Below the pieces are notes generated by a model, which was not told the DNA's origin, ran no database searches, and saw only the letters and a program-made list of their open reading frames with translations. Positions 36,405 to 43,463 of a stretch of 43,463 nucleotides of DNA are shown here, piece after piece. The translations under genes were made by a program, and so were the position numbers. Position 1 is the first letter of the stretch. Every line of letters starts with the position of its first letter. Source of the stretch: a virus (lineage: Duplodnaviria > Caudoviricetes); IMG/VR virus record IMGVR_UViG_3300031519_000051, positions 1-43,463 of that record, one strand, 5' to 3'.

Positions 36405-38495
36405 ATGGCATATACAATACAATTTACTAATAGTGCTAACAAAGACCCTATTACTATCGAAGACGGTACAATTAACAATACAACTAGTTTATCGTTTCCG
36501 GGAAGAAATAGTACAGGTTACGGTGCTGTAATTGCAGAAGATTTACTACGTTTATTAGAAAACTTTGCAAATACTACAGAACCTAGTAATGCAGTTGAAG
36601 GTCAGTTATGGTATAACAGCACAAGCGGACAGTTATTAGTTTATGATGGAACAACTTGGGTACCAAGTGGTGGACTAAAGAAAAGTACATCACAACCTGA
36701 CCCAACAGAAGCTACTGATGGTGATCTTTGGGTTGATACAGACTCACAACAGTTATATTTGTTTTCAGGATCAACTTGGGTACTTGTAGGACCAGAATTT
36801 AGTCAAGGATTAACTACTGGTGCATCACCAAGTACTATTGTTGGTCAAGATAATATTGAATATACAGTAATTGAAATACAAGTATCAGCAAATATTGTTG
36901 CTATTGTTGCATTTAATGAGTTTACTCCTAAAGCAACAGTTTCGGGATTTACAATTATAAAACCTGGCATTAACTTAGCAAATAGAGATACAAATGCAGA
37001 CGGATTTAATGACGTTAAGCTATATGGTGTTGTTGAACGAGCCGAAAATCTTATTGTAAATAGTTTACCTATACCAGCAGCAAACTTTTTAAGAGGCGAT
37101 GCAGAATCAACAACGACATTTCCTTTAAACATTCAAAACAATACCGGTATAGCCTACGGCATTAACGGCGAAATGGGCATCGGCATTGAAGGCAGTGCTG
37201 GAATAATTCAACATAATATTGAAGGTTCAAACATTGACATGCGTGTTAGGAACGCAGGCTCTAGTAAAACAGTCCTTAGAGTTGATAGTAGTTTACGTAT
37301 TGGGGTTAACAATGAGGCACCTGACGAGGCATTAGATGTTACAGGTAATTTGTTAACAAGTGGAACAATTAAAACTAATGATGTAACCGAAAGTACAACA
37401 ATAAGCAATGGTAGTATAATTGCAAAGGGCGGAGTTGGTATAGCAAAGACGTTAAATGTAGGCGAAAATGTTGTAATACAAAAAGGGTTAACTTTAGGTA
37501 ACAACGATCTTGTAGTTGATACAACTGCTTCAGATCTTATTATGCCTGATTTAAATAACACTCGTAATATTGGTAGTTCTATAAATAAATGGCGTAAAAT
37601 TTATGCAACAACATTCATTGGCGCATTACAAGGTACTGTACAAGGTAGTGTAAGTGGTAAATCTGGTAGTTCGGACAAACTAGTTACTGCTACTACTTTT
37701 AGGTTATCAGGAGATGTTGAAACTGTTGAAAATGTGTTTGATGGTCAAACAGGCGGCGCAGTTAAAGACTTTAACATTTCAATTAAAAACACAATTATAT
37801 CAGGCAAGACACAAGTTACAGATAGTTTATCTAACGATGAATTTATTATTGATAGAGTTAGCGGAACTAGTACTGGATTAAGACGTATTTCAAGACAAAC
37901 ATTGTTTCAAAATATTGCAGGGTTATCTCCAATTGGTAGTATAATGCCATACGCTGGTAATTCAGAACCCCAAGGTTGGAAGTTTTGTAATGGCCAAGAA
38001 CTAGGCACTGGTACATTTAACACATTGTTCCAACTAGTTGGCTATACATATAAAGCACAAGGACTTGTATCAGCAGGATATTTTGCAGTTCCTGACTTAA
38101 GAGGCAGGCTCCCATTAGGTAACTTATATATGGGCGGGACTAATCCAGCAGTAGAATCTCCAGATACACGATCAAGAGATTCTAATTCATCTGTGTTAGG
38201 TGCAGTAGATGGCACAGATACAGTAACTATTGGTATTGATAATCTACCGGAACACGAGCATGATTTACGTGCTGATAATGGAGTACAATTTACAGCAATA
38301 AGAGCTGTAGACGGAAGAGGCGGAGATAAGCCAGACGATGCTACGTTAAGTAAAATACAAACCGGTGCAGATGATTTATCACAGACTATTAACAAGAGTG
38401 GCGGCGTTCTCAATAACACAACAGGCGAAGCTCTTAATGTTATGAATCCTTATCAAACTATTAATTACATTATATACACAGGAGTCGTAGCATGA
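36405..38495 (+). CDS. Tail fibre / baseplate protein with a C-terminal phage tail collar domain
   Basis: PIGSIMPYAG..EPQGWKFCNGQ....LF..VG..Y...FAVPDLRGR, NLPEHEH, MNPYQTINYII (collar and tip, as in gp12-like proteins). N-terminal module shared with the next two genes. Confidence 0.8.
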   Translation: MAYTIQFTNSANKDPITIEDGTINNTTSLSFPGRNSTGYGAVIAEDLLRLLENFANTTEPSNAVEGQLWYNSTSGQLLVYDGTTWVPSGGLKKSTSQPDPTEATDGDLWVDTDSQQLYLFSGSTWVLVGPEFSQGLTTGASPSTIVGQDNIEYTVIEIQVSANIVAIVAFNEFTPKATVSGFTIIKPGINLANRDTNADGFNDVKLYGVVERAENLIVNSLPIPAANFLRGDAESTTTFPLNIQNNTGIAYGINGEMGIGIEGSAGIIQHNIEGSNIDMRVRNAGSSKTVLRVDSSLRIGVNNEAPDEALDVTGNLLTSGTIKTNDVTESTTISNGSIIAKGGVGIAKTLNVGENVVIQKGLTLGNNDLVVDTTASDLIMPDLNNTRNIGSSINKWRKIYATTFIGALQGTVQGSVSGKSGSSDKLVTATTFRLSGDVETVENVFDGQTGGAVKDFNISIKNTIISGKTQVTDSLSNDEFIIDRVSGTSTGLRRISRQTLFQNIAGLSPIGSIMPYAGNSEPQGWKFCNGQELGTGTFNTLFQLVGYTYKAQGLVSAGYFAVPDLRGRLPLGNLYMGGTNPAVESPDTRSRDSNSSVLGAVDGTDTVTIGIDNLPEHEHDLRADNGVQFTAIRAVDGRGGDKPDDATLSKIQTGADDLSQTINKSGGVLNNTTGEALNVMNPYQTINYIIYTGVVA

Positions 38496-40414
38496 GTTAT
38501 AAGCTAAACAGAACTGACGGGTCGTTATTAGTTGAATTGCAAGACGGTGTAATTGATACAACTAGTTCGGATATAACCTTAGTTGGAAGAAACTATAAAG
38601 GATTTGGAGAGTACTTAAATGAAAATTATATTTCGTTATTAGAAAACTTTGCAAGCACAAGTGCTCCTAGCAATCCTATATCAGGACAATTATGGTATGA
38701 TCTGTCAGATCAAAGATTAAAAATTTATAATGGAACGACATTTAGGACAGCAGGCGGCCCTATTGTTAGTTCAACACAACCTAGTATGATTGCTGGCGAC
38801 CTCTGGATTAATAACGATGAAAATAAACTTTATTTTTATGATGGTACTGACCTCGTTGCAGTAGGACCAAGTTATACTGCAACACAAGGAAAAACCACAC
38901 TAGAAGCAATCACAATGATTGACACTTCTGGACAAACACGAGCAGTACTTGTACAATATATACAAGGAAACTTAGTTGGTATTTTTAGTAAAAATGAGTT
39001 TACTCCTAGAACAGAAGATGTATTGTTACCATATGTTGCAGGTAGAGTAATTAAAGTTGGATTTAACCCGTTACACGAAATAGACAATGGTGATAACATT
39101 GCATTTAGATGGAACGGCATTGCAAAAACAGCAGAAAACCTTGTTGATAGTGCAGGAACAAGTTATAGTTCTGCAGATTTTGTAAGAACTAGTGAAAGAG
39201 ATAGTAGTAATGTTATTGTTGATCAAACTATGTCCGGCGGATTATTTGTAAAAGGCGAAACAGGGTTAAAAGTAGGGTATGGTGATACACAATACGGGAT
39301 ATTTAAAACTCTAGCAACAGATACTAAAACAGTAATTGATATTGTTCAACAAAATAAAGATTTTGCTATAAGACGTAAAGTTGGAAACGATCAAGTTGAC
39401 GCATTAACTTTAGATACAAGCACTGGAAGATTTGGGTTATTTAATAGCACACCTACAACACAGTTAGATGTCACAGGCGATGGAAAATTTAGCGGTAATT
39501 TAACAGTTGGTGGTAACCTTTCAATTACAGGCACAACGTTTGCTGTTGATACAGTAAATATGAGAATTAAAGATCCGCAAATTAATTTAGGTGTTAGTGA
39601 AGATTCTACAGAACTTACAGATGCTCAAGTTGATGGTGGCGGATTTATAGTTAATAGTTTAAACGGAAGCAAAGACTTTATATGGCGTGTAGCTACAGGC
39701 AACTTTACTTCAAATCAAAATATTGATTTAGAACTCGGAAAACAATTTAGGATAAACAATACACCAGTGTTGTCAGGAAACACACTTGGTACTAGCATTG
39801 TTAATTCGTCGTTAACTAGTTTAGGAACATTATCATCATTGTCGGTTAGTGGCAATGCAGCAGTAGGTAGTATTAGTTCTCCTGGAGCATTAAATATTAG
39901 TTCTACTGGCGATATTACAATAAACACACAAAAAATTACAGGAGTAGCAACTCCTACAGGTAGTACAGATGTTGCTACTAAAGGTTATGTTGATTCAACA
40001 GTTTCAACAGATACGCTTGCATTTTCTTTAGATATTACAGGATTTACAAATCCAAATGCTATTGGAGTTTCCGCAGGTCCTATTACAGATGTTAAAGCTG
40101 TATTAGACAGCATTTATACAGCATCAGCAGCGGCAAATGGAAAAGTTGCTAAAATACATACTACATCGTATGCTGCAGCAACAGTTTCCGGTATCAATAT
40201 TACAGTTGGTGCTTCGCCTGATGCAACAAAAGTTTTACAAAAATCTAGTATTGCAGTAGATGCAGCAGGAACACAAAATCAAACAGTTATACAAGACATA
40301 GCTGCAACTAACACAGCATCGGGTACAGTATCGTTGACACCAACGAGAAACACGATGACTTTTACAATTACAGCGGGCGTTTGGGCGCACAACAGCACAG
40401 TAGCATATCCGTAA
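38492..40414 (+). CDS. Tail fibre-like protein
   Basis: Shared N-terminal LLENFA/GQLWYD module; NSSLTSLGTLSSLSV; KITGVATPT...DVATKGYVD trimeric fibre motif. Confidence 0.75.
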   Translation: MSYKLNRTDGSLLVELQDGVIDTTSSDITLVGRNYKGFGEYLNENYISLLENFASTSAPSNPISGQLWYDLSDQRLKIYNGTTFRTAGGPIVSSTQPSMIAGDLWINNDENKLYFYDGTDLVAVGPSYTATQGKTTLEAITMIDTSGQTRAVLVQYIQGNLVGIFSKNEFTPRTEDVLLPYVAGRVIKVGFNPLHEIDNGDNIAFRWNGIAKTAENLVDSAGTSYSSADFVRTSERDSSNVIVDQTMSGGLFVKGETGLKVGYGDTQYGIFKTLATDTKTVIDIVQQNKDFAIRRKVGNDQVDALTLDTSTGRFGLFNSTPTTQLDVTGDGKFSGNLTVGGNLSITGTTFAVDTVNMRIKDPQINLGVSEDSTELTDAQVDGGGFIVNSLNGSKDFIWRVATGNFTSNQNIDLELGKQFRINNTPVLSGNTLGTSIVNSSLTSLGTLSSLSVSGNAAVGSISSPGALNISSTGDITINTQKITGVATPTGSTDVATKGYVDSTVSTDTLAFSLDITGFTNPNAIGVSAGPITDVKAVLDSIYTASAAANGKVAKIHTTSYAAATVSGINITVGASPDATKVLQKSSIAVDAAGTQNQTVIQDIAATNTASGTVSLTPTRNTMTFTITAGVWAHNSTVAYP

Positions 40415-40422
40415 GGATCTGA

Positions 40423-40428
40423 TAAATA
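40423..40428 (+). promoter_or_regulatory. Late promoter TAAATA
   Basis: Intergenic, upstream of SD AAGGGG and ATG 40451. Confidence 0.6.
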
Positions 40429-40450
40429 CTTGCAACAAGGGGTTATATAA

Positions 40451-41959
40451 ATGGCGTATACAATTAACAAATATGATACTACCCAGCTTACAGTAGTACA
40501 AGACGGTACTATTGATCAAACTACTGACATAAAGTTAGTTGGTAAGAACTATGCAGGGTACGGCGAGATACAAAACGAAAATTTTGTGTTTCTTTTAGAA
40601 AATTTTGCTGGAGCAAATCAACCACCTAGGGCGGTTAAAGGCCAAATTTGGTTTGATACAGCAAACAGTAAGTTAAAATTTAATGACGGAGCAAAATGGC
40701 GTACAACAGGTGGCGCTGAAATTAGTGCTACTGCTCCTGCAGGATTAGCTACTGGTGATTTTTGGTGGGATACAGTAAACGAACAGTTATATTCGTATAA
40801 TGGTACAGACTTTGTATTAATTGGCCCACAAGATGCTGGTTCTGGAATTACACAAATGCAAAGTAAAACAGTACTTGATACTGGATCAATTAGTAGAAGT
40901 GTAATTGCAGCTACAGTAAACGACGAAGTAATTTTTATAATTAGCCCTTTACAATTTACAATTGACTCAACTGATGCTGAAAACGCCATTTCAGGATTTG
41001 ATGTAGTACGCCAAGGTGTAACATTAAAGAATACACAAAATGCTACAGCAGGTGTTACAAGTACATCACATAGATTTTGGGGAACAGCATCTAACTCTTT
41101 AAAGTTAAATGGTGTTGATGCAAGTAACTATGTTACTGCAACACCAGGTGTAGCCAGTGTATTTACAGAGCTTACAAATTTCCAGACTGATGCAGGTATT
41201 GCAATAGGTGCTGGACTAGATTTAAAGATTTTTATTGAAAATGATAACGAAGGCGTTATACAAAATTCACAAGGCGATGAAATTAAATTTAGAGTAAAAG
41301 AGTCAGGCGGAAGCTCAGTTAACGTAATTGATATTAGACCAGGACAAATTTTACCAGGTATACAAAGCACTAGCCCAACAGTTTATAAATCTATTGATAT
41401 CGGATCAACGGCTGCACCATTTGATGATATGTATGCTGGAAACTTTTGGGGATTATCAGAAAAAGCAAGTGGTCTTATTGTAGGAGGAACTTCTAGAACT
41501 GGTTCTGTTGATTCAATAGGAACTGGAACTGGAAATAGTGTTGCAGTAAGAGATGCAGCAGGAAACTTAAATGCAGTATTGTTCCAAGGAACAGCTACAA
41601 GTGCAAGATATGCTGACTTAGCTGAAATTTACACAACTGATAAAGAATACCCAACTGGCACAGCAATGGCTGTTGGCGGAGAAGAGGAGACAACGGCTGC
41701 ACACGCAAGTGATCATGCAATTGGTGTTATATCTGCAGAACCAGCTTACTTAATGAATAGTGAATGTGACGGCCAGGCAATTGGCTTAAAAGGTCGTGTT
41801 CCTGTAAGAGTAACGGGACCTGTTAAGAAAGGACAAGCAGTATACGCATGGCAACATGGAGTATGCTCAACACTTGCAACTACAGGTTTAGTAGGTGTTG
41901 CACTGGAATCAAATGATAGTGCAGAAGAAAAATTAATAGAGTGCGTATTAAAAGTATAA
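40451..41959 (+). CDS. Tail fibre-like protein with a C-terminal intramolecular chaperone / autocleavage (peptidase G2-like) domain
   Basis: Shared N-terminal module; C-terminal ARYADLAEIY...IGVIS..PAYLMN...IGLKGRVPVRV.GPVKKG. Confidence 0.75.
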   Translation: MAYTINKYDTTQLTVVQDGTIDQTTDIKLVGKNYAGYGEIQNENFVFLLENFAGANQPPRAVKGQIWFDTANSKLKFNDGAKWRTTGGAEISATAPAGLATGDFWWDTVNEQLYSYNGTDFVLIGPQDAGSGITQMQSKTVLDTGSISRSVIAATVNDEVIFIISPLQFTIDSTDAENAISGFDVVRQGVTLKNTQNATAGVTSTSHRFWGTASNSLKLNGVDASNYVTATPGVASVFTELTNFQTDAGIAIGAGLDLKIFIENDNEGVIQNSQGDEIKFRVKESGGSSVNVIDIRPGQILPGIQSTSPTVYKSIDIGSTAAPFDDMYAGNFWGLSEKASGLIVGGTSRTGSVDSIGTGTGNSVAVRDAAGNLNAVLFQGTATSARYADLAEIYTTDKEYPTGTAMAVGGEEETTAAHASDHAIGVISAEPAYLMNSECDGQAIGLKGRVPVRVTGPVKKGQAVYAWQHGVCSTLATTGLVGVALESNDSAEEKLIECVLKV

Positions 41960-41962
41960 ATA
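41955..41962 (+). promoter_or_regulatory. Late promoter TATAAATA (full T4 consensus)
   Basis: Exact T4 late consensus, upstream of SD GAGGA and ATG 41986. Confidence 0.7.
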
Positions 41963-41985
41963 TACGTAGTTAAAGAGGATCAAAA

Positions 41986-42894
41986 ATGGCAGTATCAATT
42001 GGAACAACTATTGGAGAAACTGAGTACACTACTCTACGAAGTGGCATTAACACTGTTATGGGAACTCCAGCAGGTTCAGGCGATGGTTCGACAGGGTACA
42101 ATCAAACAATCTCAGCACCTAGTATTACGGTTGGTACTAAAGTTTTAGCTACTCAATGGAATAGCTTACGCGGCGATATTAGAAAAGCCAGCGCACACCA
42201 AACTAATAGTGCAGTAGCATTAACAACTGTAAATACTGATACTGGAATTACATCTACAATACATAATGAATTTGAAACAGCACTGGCAACAGTAACAGCA
42301 AACAGATTTTCTATGGCAACAGCTCAAAGTACATTAACAACAGCAGCAAGTGCAAATAAAACTAATTGGAATGCTGTACAACAGCATGATGTGCAACTTA
42401 GTTGGCCAACCTTAAACGATTTTAAAGCATTTTGGAACGCAGGTGGTACAATTAAAGTAGCATCATCGTTAGCTTATACAGGAGGTGAAGCAAAAACACT
42501 TGACTGGAAAAGTATGATAGATAATTCCAAGCATATTTTAATAAACTATACAAGTGCAGTAGCCGACGGCGGCGGAGCAAGTGGTACAATTACTAATACA
42601 GGTATGTATGATTTAAGCACAGCTGGCACCGAAGTACAAATATTCTCAGCAGGTGGTACAACTCCTTACGCTGAGAACGATTATCAAGTATTCATAAGAT
42701 ATATTTCAAATGGTATTAGAATCAGGGTTGTATTTAGAGACGACGATGTAGGCGATCAAACAGGCACAGGCCCAGCAGTAGACGAAAACGTACAAGGTAC
42801 ACTTACAAGTGCTATCTATTATAGACGTGCTACTGGATCAAATGTAGCAGTTTTAGCACCTGCAGTATCAAATGGCGCATCAAATACTTTTTAA
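41986..42894 (+). CDS. Virion structural protein (fibre- or collar-associated)
   Basis: Thr/Gly/Ala-rich; GYNQT...VLATQWNSLR.DI...HQ; FWNAGGTI; late promoter. Confidence 0.55.
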   Translation: MAVSIGTTIGETEYTTLRSGINTVMGTPAGSGDGSTGYNQTISAPSITVGTKVLATQWNSLRGDIRKASAHQTNSAVALTTVNTDTGITSTIHNEFETALATVTANRFSMATAQSTLTTAASANKTNWNAVQQHDVQLSWPTLNDFKAFWNAGGTIKVASSLAYTGGEAKTLDWKSMIDNSKHILINYTSAVADGGGASGTITNTGMYDLSTAGTEVQIFSAGGTTPYAENDYQVFIRYISNGIRIRVVFRDDDVGDQTGTGPAVDENVQGTLTSAIYYRRATGSNVAVLAPAVSNGASNTF

Positions 42895-42900
42895 TTTTAC

Positions 42901-42929
42901 TTGACATTGGGGGCAAATTAGTGTATACT
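42901..42929 (+). promoter_or_regulatory. Sigma70-type promoter
   Basis: TTGACA (42901-42906), 17-nt spacer, TATACT (42924-42929). Confidence 0.75.
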
Positions 42930-42955
42930 TTACAAGTATATAATAAGGAGTACCT

Positions 42956-43303
42956 ATGGACGAGAGACTTTCAAAAGCATTAGATTTTTCTAATTTTCTT
43001 GAAACACAGAATAATCAAAAACAAATTTTTTTAAAGCAATTTAAAGAGAATTGTGTATTCTATGTTAATGGGCATAAATTTACAGCATCACAGCAACTAA
43101 TATCTTTTTTAAATTCTTTAACTGTGCTTAATGAAGAATCAATTGTTATTTTAGATGACAATAACACTCCGTTAGTTATTACTGATTTAGACGAATTTAT
43201 AAACCAAACTATTGGTACATATCTTGTAGCGTCACGCAAGTATGCATATGATTATCATGACATAGAAACAAACAGATCAGTTGAAGGTCTTACTAACGTA
43301 TGA
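42956..43303 (+). CDS. Hypothetical protein
   Basis: 115-aa ORF with a strong SD (TAAGGAG). Confidence 0.7.
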   Translation: MDERLSKALDFSNFLETQNNQKQIFLKQFKENCVFYVNGHKFTASQQLISFLNSLTVLNEESIVILDDNNTPLVITDLDEFINQTIGTYLVASRKYAYDYHDIETNRSVEGLTNV

Positions 43304-43463
43304 ATAAAGGTGTAGTTTTATTTGCTTTTAATAACGATACAGTAGACTATATAAAACAAGCTGTGTATTGTGCAAAAAGAGTCAAGCAATATTTAAATTT
43401 GCCTGTGCAATTAATCACAGACGGAGTTGACCACCTTGAAGAAAACTATAAGTTTTATAAAAA
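43300..43463 (+). CDS. Probable glycosyltransferase-like protein (5' part; runs off the right edge)
   Basis: Not in the ORF track. ATGA overlap with the previous gene; MNKGVVLFAFNNDTVDYIKQAVYCAKRVKQYLNLPVQLITD resembles a GT-A fold N-terminus. Confidence 0.5.
   Translation, partial: MNKGVVLFAFNNDTVDYIKQAVYCAKRVKQYLNLPVQLITDGVDHLEENYKFYK

Noticed and set aside
36405-42894. Diversity-generating retroelement or invertase acting on the fibre genes
   Set aside because: No reverse transcriptase or recombinase gene, and I saw no near-identical template/variable repeat pair in the window.

Overview
The window is a 43.5-kb piece of a large, AT-rich T4-like myovirus genome read in the standard genetic code. 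Left arm: the portal gene (gp20-like, cut by the window edge and missing from the ORF track), a tape-measure-like gene, and a divergent gp26-like gene followed by a gp51-like reading frame joined to it by a slippery -1 frameshift site. Next comes a leftward cluster with sigma70-type promoters (gp55-like late sigma, gp47, gp46, a truncated phage hemC, a small Hc1-like protein, a stand-alone GIY-YIG nuclease). The GIY-YIG gene runs directly into about 410 nt of highly structured non-coding sequence and then an AT-rich hairpin array. The right 32 kb is a late baseplate and tail module under TAAATA promoters: gp48/54-, gp53-, gp27-, gp5-, gp25- and gp6-like genes, a 4965-aa wedge/adhesin protein, three paralogous fibre proteins, and the start of a probable glycosyltransferase. 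The best candidate for a new system is the GIY-YIG gene plus its putative large ncRNA at 5700-6558. All calls come from motif recognition by eye; no searches were run.
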